Shown here: positions 38,476-52,400 of the stretch, in pieces
How the letters are laid out: the number at the start of each line of letters is the position of its first letter
Position numbering within the stretch: position 1 is the first letter of the stretch
Notes under the pieces: generated by a model
The model's input: only the letters and a program-made list of their open reading frames with translations
The model's database searches: none
Told to the model about the DNA's origin: nothing
DNA from: Trichoplax adhaerens
Lineage: Eukaryota; Animalia; Placozoa
Length of the DNA: 64,000 nt
Direction: 5' to 3'
NCBI RefSeq assembly: GCF_000150275.1
Contig: NW_002060943.1
Location: forward strand, 2,076,987-2,140,986
Program-made: the position numbers and the translations under genes

Positions 38476-40830
38476 TTAATTGCCTGAGGCTTTCCTACTT
38501 AAGAAATATCCGATAATAACAGCCACAATAACCAATATCAAAGATATCATTACACCAAACGGCATTTGGGCAATAAAACCTACAGCATAAAAAAAGTTTG
38601 TATTAGATAAGTGATACGGACGATCGATACAGCCAAACAGGTAAATATATTTCAAAAGAGATTTTCGCCTGTAAATCGCAATCATTTAATTTTGTATTAT
38701 AATTATTACTTTTACGGTGTTCAGACTCTTCGTTTTCTGACGTATTAGATACTGGATTGGCCTATAAAGATACTGATATCAGTGCAATGCTTTTTATATG
38801 ATGTAGAATTGATCAAGTATGATGGTTATCATAGATGGTCCTATAGCACTGTACTGTACCGATTTCGTTAGTGGCCTAAGAATATCTATAACATCCCGAT
38901 GACTTCCTTTGATTGCTAAATCTAATGGGTAGTAGCAGTGCTGTAAAGGAAATGGTTTATAATTAGAACTCGGCTATAGATTTAATGTCATAAAGGGATC
39001 TTTATGTAGGTTCCAACTATTGATTTGTAGTATAAGAAATTTTAAACGTACATCGTTAAAGCAATCAACTGTGGCTCCATATTTGATCAGTAGGCGCACG
39101 CACTCAGTATCTCCACAAGCAGCTGCATCATGTAATGGCGTATTGCCATCCTAAGTTTAAAGAATGGGGAATCATACAACTAAAGTTAATGTTTACAGTT
39201 GATAAAAAATTAAAATCAATAAAGTGTACAGAAACAGTATTATTCATTCCATTTGCGATAGAAACGATTATCATGCTATCTTTCAATAGCGTATGCCTAC
39301 CCATGTATCCTTGATATTCACTTTGACGTTCTGCTTTAAAAGCCAAGATAAGTTAGCACTTTTACCGTAAGTTGCAGCCCAATGTAGAGGTGTACTAAAA
39401 TCCTAAAGTATAATTTTATATTGCAAAAAGGTTACTCTTTTAAGAATACTATTCATGTTTGTAATTTTACTTTGCATTTTAGCATAATGTACTAACAAAT
39501 AAAAAGTTAAGATATAAAATAGAATTGAGACTGCCATTTATTAAAATCGACTGTACTACAATGAGGAACTGCGTAATACGAACAACAGGAGCGTAACATA
39601 TTCATAAGCATCAGGAAATCCTAATCTAAGATCATGCTGTATCCATAATTGTTCATACAACAAAGTTACTATACGCAACACTTCAATTAAATAACGTAGA
39701 AACATATGATCATTAAACGGCACACGTGTTGTAAATACATAGCTGCTTACCGCATCCAAGCATTGAAAGTCAGCTTTGTACTCCTTTAAGAGTTCTAATA
39801 TTTCAACATTGCTATATTTAGCAGCGTAATGAGCAGGTGTCCACTTCCATGCCTAATAAGAAAATTTATATTGTCTACCATTAATTACTTAACTTTAAAG
39901 CATAAGTTGCGGCTATACTTTTTTAACAGGCATCAATAATTTTCACTTCGGCAGTAAAGAAAATAAGTCAGTTTGTATTCTGTATTTATAACAGATATGC
40001 CTAGCAGACCGTACAATTTTGTGGATAAGTATAGGTAAGAATGTATTCACTTGCTATAGATTTCTTCTTAAAGTTACTAGGACGTTAAAGTGAATATAGA
40101 GTATGTAGAATAGATGAAAACGTATAAATTTTGATTAGCTAATTAAGTAGTTCCTAAATATAAATATTAGACTACAATAACAAGTCATCAACGTCTTAAC
40201 GTGATCAGCGCTAATGAACTGCTCAGCTATGTAATTATGCTACTATTCCTAGAATTGGATAAAATTTATTCTGAGGCAACCTTCTGTCGAAACTGTGCCA
40301 ATACTAGTTATATTTAATTTATGCGTATGTGTTTACTTTTAATTTGATCTTGAATTATCAATTTACGCTATTCACCGTAGGAGAAAGTAGTTGTAGCGGA
40401 GAAATAACAATGAGCAGTGCTTCTGCTCATAGGTATGCGATTACATACGTTTTGATACTTTGGATCAGCTCCATATTTCAGTAATAATTTCACAGCCGAT
40501 ACACTATTGGCTTCACATGCCAAAAGCAAGGCAGTATCACCTGGATGCTTATAACGTCAAAGAATAGTTTACATCAAAAAAGTGTAAATACATATATATA
40601 TACATCGTTTAATGTTCCATTTTTTACAGTTTATTAATATCTTTTCATCTGTTTAATAAAGAGATGTAAACGATTCATCTTCTAGATATTTTAGGTATAT
40701 CTTTGAAGGATTATTACAAAGCAACGAGTCAAAAACAGTCGCAGATGAAATATTTTACCTCACTATGTACGTCGATCTGGTTTTGTTTTTGTAGATCGGC
40801 TAATATCTTTTCATTTGCATTCCTTGCCAT
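38476..40830 (-). CDS. Ankyrin-repeat protein with C-terminal transmembrane (tail) anchor
   Basis: Phase-0 exons 40759-40830, 40449-40547, 39751-39852, 39301-39402, 39052-39150 and 38860-38940 encode GDTALLLAC, WTPAHYAA, STPLHWAA, GNTPLHDAA and YPLDLA. The last exon encodes FGVMISLILVIVAVIIGYFLSRKASGN*. The start codon and penultimate exons are less certain. Confidence 0.8.
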
Positions 40831-41017
40831 TTTATATACAAATACGGCTGTTGTCTAATGGAATTAATAAAATAATATAGTGAAGTTGATTTATAGTAGC
40901 AACATTATGTTATATAAAAATGACCAATACGACCGAAAGAAACGTTTAATGCAACTTCCCTAGCAGGTCTATCGCGTCTGTATTGAATGTATTCCATTGC
41001 TATACAATGTACCCTAG

Positions 41018-41055
41018 CATGGACTACTCAAAAATGTTTTTTTGAGTAGTCCATG
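41018..41055. other. Perfect 17-bp inverted repeat (hairpin/cruciform) with 4-nt loop
   Basis: catggactactcaaaaa-tgtt-tttttgagtagtccatg. Confidence 0.85.
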
Positions 41056-42714
41056 ACTTTACTGTACAGTACATACAGATAATTTTCAATTACTGAAAAT
41101 TCTACACAGCATTTTGTAACTCGATCTAGACGCTGCCTGCTGTGTCTGTATTATCGATCGGTCAATAGTGTACTGTAGGATACTACGGTACTGCAGATTA
41201 GTTGCTAAATGCTAGACGAGAAGGTTTAGTCATTCATTATCGATTAATGAATTATCGATTCGATATAAAATGAATCCGTTTTTACATTGCACAGTAGGAT
41301 ATGTAGTGGTGAGTCAAATCTTGTGAGTTGCAGAAAATGGAGGAAAATAGAATCCATAGTCTAGCATATGCATGGATTATACAACGATCTGATGTATATT
41401 TTACAAATAATAAATTGATGGATAATTGTTGATCATATTGTCACATGAAGCTAGACGATTTTATTTGTTACGCAAGCAATTTAAAATTTCCATCACAAGT
41501 CTTGTAATCTTGCATGAATGCAAATGGTCATGCAAAATGATGATTGTATAAGTTTGATCAGGCCTTTGTAGAGATAAGTCCATCTCATGGTCTACGCCAT
41601 ATTGAATTTTGCAAGGAAAAGACGGTGAGTCGATGTACTGTCCTAATGATGCATGTGTGGAAGAGCTTGCATTCAACATATTGTACAACTGGTATCTCAT
41701 TGATTATCGACCTACCAAATGCTGGCCCATGGCTAAGATACTTCAAGTGCTAACCAGTGATGAATCCTATCGAATGGCACAATGTAAGATGATTAAGGGC
41801 AATTGCCATCCACTGCAAATTGAGTTTAAGTTATATAATTATATTTTCTGCGTCAGGATTTCTATCGGCATGGCAATCATTAATTATTCTGCAGGAGTAT
41901 TTCTCTTCAAAGTTGCCAGACTGCAGAATATTGTATTTTGTATGGCAGTAGTGGACAAGGCAAGTGTCGCTCGAGTACATGATTGCACTATAGGCTACAC
42001 TATTGCTGTACGAGTCATGTACTGTACAGTGTACTGTCCATGCACTTGTGCGCATCTTTCATAGTGGTACAGTACATTCAGTACAGTAGTGCCACTACAG
42101 TACAATGAGCTACCGTACTGTGTACTGTGCACTGTGTACAGTGAAGTTGTACTACTGTCATGAACAATGTGGTGATTCATTGGTACAGTACTGTACTGTA
42201 TGTAGCAAGTGGTAACTTACCTTACTTAACTATCACTTAAAAGTGTAGCGACAGACTTGGGAAAATGACCAAATTCAAGGTTGCATTATTCAAGCATAAT
42301 AAATAATAATTATGATACAGTAATTGATGAGAGAAAGCGAAGAATGAAATTTTGCTTCAGGCAATAGCAACTCTATTTGTTTTAAGCTACAAAAGAAATA
42401 TCACCTCTATCACTGTATGATTTTAGTGTTAGCCCTGCTTTCGTATTAATGACCATTACTAGCGGTTTATCCTAGCGTTACTCACAGTTAACACTGTGAC
42501 AGTGTTGTGACTACGGATCACTCTGGAGTAAAGTAGAATGAAAGATTTCTTTCTTTCTCTCTTGATTCAACTGGGTTGGTTTCCCAATCTTGGCGTCTAC
42601 GTATATTATTATAAGCGCAGGTATAGTGGTTGTCTTTGAATATGGATCATTTCAGGGCAGATTCATTATGAATGAAAGGGTTCCAATCCTACCTTTTACT
42701 GCCTTTTATAGCAA

Positions 42715-43296
42715 CTACTGTACAGTACGTACTATCGATCTCTCACGACTGTACACTGTACACTGTACTGTATCGGTCTACAGTACTGTAAATTGAGGCT
42801 CTACAGTACAGTACAGTACAGTACTGTAGCTCTCGATCTCTCACGACTGTACACTGTACACTGTACAATACAGTACTGTATCGGTCGAAATTGAGGCTCT
42901 ACAGTACAGTACTGTACTGTATGTACAGTACACTAGCTCTTCACTAGAGTCCACCGTACTGTACTGTAGTCCAGTCGTGAATGTTGACTGTCAGTGATCA
43001 ATATGACGTCAAGACATCACTGCGTGTCCTGATCACGAGTGACCCAACGGTCACTCTCCTCGAGTCATTTCAATTTTCCTGGGTCAACTGACGCAGGTGA
43101 AGCTCAAGATAGCCTACGCTATGTCTGACTGTACTGTACACTGTACACTGTACACATAGTCATACTGTAGTAGCAGTCAGTAGTACTGTACTGTAGCTAC
43201 AGTCTGTCGCTACTACTGACGACAGTATGTACTGTACACTGTAGACTCCGTCTCACTGGATGTGCAGCCCTGTAAGAGTACAGTACTGTACTGTAC
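42715..43296. repeat. ACAGT/ACTGT low-complexity array, including a ~98-bp tandem duplication, upstream of SBF
   Basis: Dense tacagtac/actgtac runs. The unit tcgatctctcacgactgtacactgtacactgtac...aaattgaggctctacagtacagtac starts at 42735 and 42833. A CRE (TGACGTCA) lies at 43004-43011. Confidence 0.8.
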
Positions 43297-43429
43297 ATAC
43301 AAACGTCAAAGCGTTGGCCAAATTTTCTGTAGATGGAAGAATTGTAAAGCTGAAATATTGGTCTAAGAAAATAATCCCAACAGCTGATTATTCCTGCATT
43401 AAAAGTCCTTCATATCATCAGCTAAGGCA

Positions 43430-46400
43430 ATGGCCTGCTTTGCTGAGTATTTTGCTATCGTTGGCGTCGACGACATCGACTTAAAATGTAATATTATGAA
43501 CTAAATTCAATCACTTCTAATCTAGCGTCAGTGACAACTGTTGTGATATTACCTTCTATGAACTGTCAAAGCAACTTTTATACTAGTTTGTACTAAAATT
43601 GAGACTTATACCCCCCCCCCCCTCACATAAGACACCCAATTTGTCTGAATCCGAGTGCTGCAGAAAAAAGATCTACAGCTTTATGCTGCTTATTTCGATA
43701 CAGCTCTTACTCATTTTATTTTTACCATTTCTATCCTAGCTAGGCAAGTAGAGGTAGCTTTTCTGTTCTATCATTTCTAAAAAAATTTCATCATGGATCA
43801 TCCAATGAATTTCGTCCTCTTCTTTGCTTCACTCTTAACGAAAATAGACGATCGACTGTATGAAAAGTAGCCTAGGCTTTTCTGGCAGTTCTATTCAAGG
43901 AATACTATTCTCACTAGTGATAGGATTAACCATCATCAAAGTTTTGTTGATAAAGTAATTGTTGCATACCATCATTGACCCGATTCAAAATGCCTAGATA
44001 TATTACGTATTCGTAGATACCCGTGCGATAACTACAGCTGTATGCCTTGATTGTAATATGTATTATAATTCATTAAATGTATTTCCTCTTCTTGGCATCG
44101 ATCGAATCTTCCGACTAGGTATTATACTTTACTTACAAGAATAGTTAGGTACAAACGCTCAGTTGTTCATACTAACTGTACTAGTCATCTTTCACAATCT
44201 CTTATTCAAAAAAAAGTATACAAGACGTAATGGAGTAAACTTGTAGTTTAACAGTGGCTAGGTTTATTAAACATCATCGTTATCTTGAGTTAAAAGACCG
44301 CAATATTGACTATATAAATTAGTCGTCATGATATTTTGCCAAACTAATGAATGATACGACGTTATCTTCCTTACTGCCTTTTTGAATTAACTCGGTGATA
44401 AATTATTTTTTCCATCTTACAACATAAACGTTTGATTACAATGCTCGCAAACCATATTGGTAATGATCACATCTATTGACATAAAAAAATTTTTTGAATT
44501 GACTGCTAGACAAAAGGTGATACTGTACTGTACGTAATTAGATTTCAGATATCAGCTTGGAAAATTATACATCTAAATTCAACAACTATAACTTAGAAGC
44601 ACCTCTACGTTGTCATAATATCAGAAATTACCAATTTTCTCTAGCTGCTCGGAACGTATGTCTTACCACTTGTAGTAAGGTATGCTAGATATTAATGTGT
44701 CAACAGAGAGGTTACGCCATCACAGTAGTACAAATTACAAATTATATTAATCCTATCTGTAATTGATACCTCGACAAGAACAAATCATGCGTCCACCAAG
44801 GTATTACACTATTTTTAGCTAATCTGACTAATAGCGTATACAAATTTTCTACCATCTTACTCTCAATTGTATGCCTGATCATACTGTATTATATGGGCTA
44901 GGATTACTTTGAAATATGCACTTATGCAAATGCATTAAAATAATATAGATTCACATCGAAGAAGAATTGTATTCTTGTTACAATCATCACCTTTAGTTCT
45001 TGTTATTATTCCTGATCCATTGACTTATAATCAAATATTCTTAGTATTCTAGATAATATGTCTGCTGCACTTACAATATTTCCTATTGTACAGTAGTTAC
45101 ATGTTCACAATCATATTATCATTTAAAGTAAAGTCAAAAATAACTTGCAATCATCATAATGATACTAGAACAGTCTATTCTTAACCTGCTCGAGTATTTA
45201 CTCGCTATTTATCAAATATGGCTATAATTATGTTGTTAACGTTGCATCGATGTCTTCTATCTACGTATAATTGTGATTGCGATAGATTAAGTCACTAAGG
45301 TATAGATGCCATTGTTAGGTAGAGTCTTATCGTGAAAGCGGAATGATTTACTAATTTTAATGCAAATAGGTAATTACAATTATAAATACTTGTTATCTTG
45401 CTTTCTTTAGCTGCACTTGAGGGTAAAACACAACTTATTGGTAAGGTCTTGCAGCGATTTCCTGAACAAGATAGAAGAGATGCTGCTTTTCCATCAGGAA
45501 TTGAAATGGTATGAATTTTACCATTGTTTAAGATATTAAAATGCAAATCGCTGCGGTAAAATGAATATGCATATTATAGACTGCAGCATAAATTTTCTTA
45601 CGTTGAAAATTTGCGGGCATAATACCAGCTATATTTAATTTCTAAATTGTATCTACCTGCGCAATATTTCACTGTAGACAAAACAAATTGACGTTATAAG
45701 ATATCAGCGTGTACATGCATGTAACTATATCTCAATTATTAATGCTAAGACATGTTATACAGTACATTAACTACCTTTAACATTGAAATACCAACGGCAA
45801 AATTTATCTTGATATAGTTGCCATATTATTAATCGAATAGTGGCTGCCAGTGACTCATTTCATTAACTTATACGTTATTCTAATTGATTATTGGTAATTT
45901 CTTCTTTCATACCCTTGTCAATTAGTTGTACACAGATCTGTCTATTCTCCACTGAAACACTTATATATAACCTCGCGAATAATCTACTTACTGACTCACA
46001 TGATATTACAGTTTTGCCTTCCGACCGGCTGGAAGTGTATTAATGATGCCGTCCCACCGGACCCAACATTCTATGTTGTTACCTTAACCAATATGGAAGG
46101 CGATCGATTTTATTGTGCTAGCCTCGCTTTCTATGAATTACGCGACACAATCACAACAAAAACTCATGAACATCATCCTAGTATTAGCGAAGGAGTTGAA
46201 CGACAATCAGTTAGTTCTCAGCCATCATCCACTGACTTATCAAAACCATCATCGTCAGAAATGGACATCAGAGGCAGTATAATTCTGGATACAGCCTCGT
46301 TATCAGAAACGATTGGTAATATCTATTTACCAAAAGCAATTTGTATTGTGTCTCGATTGGCACTATTTGAATCGTTTAGGGTAAGTTCACTAAATGTTCG

Positions 46401-49400
46401 ACTGAATACATTCCACAACATTGAATTGCATTGCAATGATATCATTTAAACTTAAAAAATCGAAAAGACCATGTCCTAGGCCGCATATCACTGACTATCC
46501 TATTGACCATTTAGCATTGCCTTTGCACCCTGTATTATGCTGTATACAATGGTCAAACCTATCTATTGGAAGAGCTGGTTCCGCGTATCCTTTCCGATAT
46601 GTATCTGCCTCCGGCTGGCTATGATAAGGTTGCTTTTAAACTAGATGAAGGCAATGTTATAACCTTGCAGGCAGCCCGTGAAGAGTCTCTTCCAATAACT
46701 GGGTCGGCAATTTCATCATTTTTCAAGCATTTTGGTTAGTAGACCTACAATTAAGACATTAATATTATGCCTTCAATTAAATCGTGTAAAATCCTAATGA
46801 TTTATTTACTTAATTCTTGCATTCTGATAGGTATTCAGAATTCTTTAACACTTTTTTGCGCGATCTTAACCGAGTCGCGCATTCTTTTTACGTCGAGTAG
46901 TTTTTCTACCCTATCCTTAATTTGTCACGGATTACTCGCTTTAATATTCCCTGTTCAATTTAGGTGAGAAATTAATTTTTAATATTACTTATAAGTTACT
47001 CAGTTGTTCAATTATTTTTATCTCTAAATCTTTTAATAAATCCGCTATATATAGCCACGTTTTTATTCCAATCCTTCCTACCAACTTACTGGATATTCTG
47101 GATTCTCCGACGCCATTTGTGATTGGTGTAAGTTCTTCATGTCGAGAAAAACTAGATCGCATGAATGAATCAAGTGAAGTACTTGTAAGTAGCTGTTGCT
47201 TTATGATATGTATTCATACACTAAAAATATATCTAATTAAATTATCAGCAAAGCTTTTCTTACCCTAACATAAAACATTATCCATATACTTAGGAAGAAA
47301 TTGTTTTAGCAAATATTGATGGTGGTAACGTTATAGTACCGGAAAGAATCCAGTTACCACCTTTACCGAGAATATTCCATGATAAAGTTTCTAGAGCTCT
47401 AAATGCTGTAAGAAATTACTTCAAATCTACGAAAAAGCATCACTATGATCTCGTGTAATATCTTTGTTATCATCCTGGAAAAAATATTTTAGGTTGTTAA
47501 TACACACTTAGTAACAGCGGATTTAGCATTTCAACCAGTCGATGTTAAACCGTCACCGCCCACTGTTCAAGTAAGAATGCATTTTTGAATCGTTAAATGA
47601 GGCAGAAATTATTAAAAACTTCTCTATCTATACCTTTCTCCCATTGCAATCAAATGCTAAATTTTCTTGCAATAATGGTTTGCATATTCATCTATGTGTA
47701 GGACAAAGAACTTCGAGCCATATTTTTAAGATTATTTGCTGAAATTTTCTCTGGTTACAGAACTTGCTTAACTCTTACTCGAATTTTATCTAAGCCTATA
47801 ATTTTCTTTGATCAGGTAGGAAATGATCTAATTTAATTGCAGTTAGCGAACAAACAATACCTTCTATACCTTCCCAGTTTAAATAATGATCTATATCTAC
47901 CGAATTTGTAGGAAAAATTCTTACAGCAGCGTGGACTTAAAGGAGAACCATTCATGGAAAAGGTACATGAAATATTAATTTTAAGCAAGAAATACAACAT
48001 ATTAAAAAGTACATTGAATTCACTTCTTTATGCTGTGGCAATAGTTTCTAGATTCAATGGCCTTCCATAACTTCGTTAGCTCAAATGGTATCCCATACAG
48101 AGAATGCAACTTATTTGATGAGGTACATCAAATAAATGATAAAAAATAAAATTAGGTTCATTATATTATAACATTAATCTTTAATTTTTAATAAATATCA
48201 GCTTTTAGCAAATATTGACACTATAATCGAAAATGAAGGAGATGATCACGTCAAATTTATGGAAAATGTTCACAATCTCGCTGCTAAATTACAAGATAAT
48301 GTAATAATAAAGTCTCTTTCCATAAATATTTATGATATTACAAATTTGTTTACACTGCTTATTTTATAACACGATAATAAATTTAAGGAACCGGTTATAT
48401 CACATACTCCTAAATTTACTGACCAAAGCTTACAACAATGTAATGGTGGCATTGAAAATAATAATCTCGGCAACTTTAATGGGACAATGCAGACTTTCCC
48501 TCTTTTGACAAGTGAAACAGTTGAATCAGCAATAGCTATCTCAAAGGTAGTTTACCTTAATGATGCATTTTTGAAGCTTTGGTGATTTTATACAGTTATA
48601 TTGATTAATTGATCATTACAACCATATAATAACTTCAAAATTTAAATGTACGTAATATGATTTACTATTAAGACCGTGATACCTCAGCGACCGAATAAAG
48701 CTACAATTGTTCCTGGGAGTATGGGTGTTCATACTGGTCGCAAGGGAATGAAATTAACTGGGGCGCTAATGCTCAAGAGATTAGAAGTTTTACGAAAATG
48801 TGTTTCAAATATATTCAATAATAGAATAATTGAAGCAAAAAAGGTTACACACGACATGAATCAATAAATTATAATGCAATTCCTTTTGTGCTCCTCTTTA
48901 AATTTCAAGATAATACATTATTTAAATTTTTCTAAATCGCGAAAATTTTCATTTTTTTTAGATGTTCTCGGCTGTTCTTAGCCTCTTAACATCGGTCCAA
49001 TATAGGATAGCTCTTGTAGAAGAATTCGAATCATATTGCTTGCATAGTCGTGTTGTCTTAACTTTTGATCAGTTTGATATGGTTGTCCGTCTAATTAATC
49101 AGGCTCTTCAGGTAATGTGGCAAAAGTTTAAAAATTAATAGAAACATTTTAGTTAGTATAATTAAATTGCAATTTACTCCAACTTTTTACAGGAAGATGA
49201 CGCGAATGATAGGAATGGAGTCGCTGCTATGATTTTACCATTTTCAGCATCATTCTGTCGCGTAAGTAATGTTTATATATAGTTAAATTATCCCTATTGT
49301 ATTATACGTGCATTTATATTTTATAAACCGTTGGCAGATTGATGATTTATCCCGTCAATAATCTGTATGTAAAATTTAAAGCTCCATGATATCATTTTTT

Positions 49401-52400
49401 TCATACAGAAATTATCTGACAACGTTCATCAATTCGCCTACACATGTGTTTGGGATCATCCTGTATGGGATAACCCCCGCTTTTGGGAACGTACCTTCTA
49501 CTTAACATGTCAAAAACATGTAATGAATTTATATGAAAATTCTCTGATAAAAAAGGCGAATAAAAATGCCATTGAAGCTAAAAATGATAATAAAGTTGAA
49601 GACGTTACAGCTGTAGAAACGGTAGAGACAGCTATTAATACTGACACAGAGAATGGCAAACCAAAAGCCGAAACTACATTTGGTACTACATTAGTTCCTT
49701 CAACTAGTACTTCGTCGATAAATGGTGCTGATTCAAGAACTGATATTTCGTCTCCAAAATTAACGAACAGCAATACTAATCTCCTAAATGCTCCTAACAC
49801 GCCTAGTGTTACCTCTTTAATATCATCAACTACTGGATCTAGTAATGATGAATATCATCCCGAAATTGAGGATCTAGATCCTAATGTGCCAGTAATAATA
49901 GGAGAAACAATGGCTGGAAAGATGCCAATGGATATTGCAGCAGAGCAGGTACTATACAGGAAATCATCATCTATATTTTTCATATTATTGTATTCTGTAA
50001 AGCAAACCGGAAAAAATTGTTTCAACGATACTACTTAAATCTCATGTGCTTGATGGTAGTACAGTACATTTTTTACAAACATCGACTATCGTAAATCTAT
50101 CATCATTGTATTCATAACTTTATTCAATGCCTATCTTTTTCCTAACGTAAACTATAGTTAAAAAAATGGGAAGTTTATGACAATACGGAAAAAGAGAAAT
50201 TAACTGGACAGGAGCAAAGTACCATATATACACAAGCCATTAACTATGTTTATCGTCTCATATTTTTACGCTTGACGATGGATTTGGTATCTGTGCCAAC
50301 TACAAATAGTCGTTCCGCTCGTAATCTTAAAGCTGACGCTGCTCAAGCTAGTCTTTACAGCTTTACAGCTAATGAAGGTCAAGATGATGATGGACTAGTT
50401 GGAACTGCTAAACTACTGCTTAAAGATTTATCCCACTTCATCGATCGTGTTTGCGTCGAATCCGGACTCAGCAGCGACCATATCAGAACTGTACAAACCC
50501 TTATACCAAGTGAGCGAATAATTGAAGATCCTGTTTTTGCAAAATGGGAAAACAAACTTTTAAACGTAACTAACAATAGCAAACATTTCCTTGACTTAGG
50601 TACAATAAAAAATCACTTAGAAGAATTAAGGTTAGTAAAAGCAGAAACAGAAAAACTCCCACAAAGAAGGAAAGTGAAAATTGTTGAACCACCTCTCCTT
50701 CCGAATGAAAGCATTATCACACCAGCCAGCGAGGGAACTACCTATTTGCGGGCATATTTATTACCTGATGGACGTGAACCTGGTCTTGGGGGTTTACCTG
50801 GTACTTTTGGTCCAAATCTATTTCCAGCAGAGGGAGCAGTTTTCTTAACATCCTATCGAATAGTCTTTAAAGGATTTCCTTTAGATCCAACAGGTGTGTA
50901 AAAAGCTTTTATATTGTATATATATATAACAATTTCTTCTGAACTTCTACATTGACAACCTGTTACTAACAGAAACTGTTCTGATATGTTCGAAGACAGA
51001 GTAAGTAGATCATAAACTTATTTAATGTATATTCCCTTTCCATGACCAGTCTCGGAAATGCACGTCTGCCGTAGTTTCCCCATTGGTAGTCTCACAAAGG
51101 AAAAGAAGTTACCGGCAACTTTTCTAGAAGTAATTAATGCACATTTAACTGAGTGCCTACAGTTACGTTCATCTACTTTTGAGGTATGCAATAAGCGAAA
51201 ATATTTTTGCTCATACGAGTAATTTCTATGATATTTAGTTCCTCTTTCATTACTTTATGAAAGACTTCTGCTAAAATTTATGGTATTGAGATAAAGATAA
51301 TGTTACATAGTACTAGTATATATGGTATTAGTTCACTTTCCAATTTAAACTCTCTTCAGTTGATGAAATTGGCATTTGATGATGAAGTTGGCTCCGAAAG
51401 AGTTGAAGCTTTTAAGAAACAGTTACTTAAGTTACGAAGCCCCCATTCGGTGCTCAGTACTTTTGCTTATGAGGGTGCTCCAATTATTGAAGAGAAAGTC
51501 ATTTATATGCCTTCGAATGAAGCAACTGCTCCTCATGTTAGCCAGAAGTAAGGAAAAATAATTGTTTTGAAACTATAGTATATAGCACATAAAAGCATGC
51601 TTTTAAATACTTTCATTGATTTGTTATATCTCTTCTCTAGACTCAAGGATAAAACATCGGCGTTTAAGGATATAACTACAAATCGAATGAGGCATGCTCT
51701 TCATCATGGTGTTAAATTTCTTGGACGTCGATCCGGTAATACTGGCTCAATAAATAATGATAGCGAAGGTTCTAGTATCGGAAAAAAGGTAGCAGTAGTT
51801 AGTACAGCCGCAATGGCAATGGTAGGTGGAGAAGAAAGAAGCTCATCCGCTCATTCAATGATTGAGGATGCAACAGATAACCTACCTGCTCATACTTATA
51901 AAAGGCCAATTGAAGAACTAGTTAAGTTGCCTTACGTTAGTGACTACGAAAGATTACACTTAGGTAGCCTAGTCAAATTTAATCTTAAATCTCCTGGGCA
52001 CTGGAGAATGACTACGATCAATGAAGACTATAGCATTTGTAAAAGGTATGTAATATTTTAGAATTGAATCCGTTATTTGTTTGCTATTATTCTACTAACA
52101 AAATGCTTGTAAAATAAACAATTTATACATTTTAAATAGTTATCCTGCAGTTGTTGTGGTACCTCACGGATTTAAAGATGAATCAATTGCATTATTGGCT
52201 AAAAATCATAAGCAAAACCGGTTTCCTGTTGTGACCTGGATACATCCTCAAACTAAAGCTGTCCTTTTACGTAGTGGAACGATTAACAGGGCATCTCTTT
52301 CATCGCTGTTCAAGTTAACAACATCGGGTGGTTCTGAAGGTAACGCTGGTGTATCTAGTGGAACAACTGCTGATAATGAAGCTGAGGAAGAAAAATATCT

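Noticed and set aside
40600-40665. Possible extra ankyrin-like exon (DEKILINCK.G) in ankyrin intron 1
   Set aside because: It needs a frameshift and has an incompatible phase; the direct 40759 to 40547 splice already gives an open frame.
49510-49800. Antisense ORFs over real exons (also 14869-15169, 26707-26904, 50379-50582 and 52248-52436)
   Set aside because: Shadow frames of SBF, HLH-HMG or FKBP4 coding exons with no independent motif.
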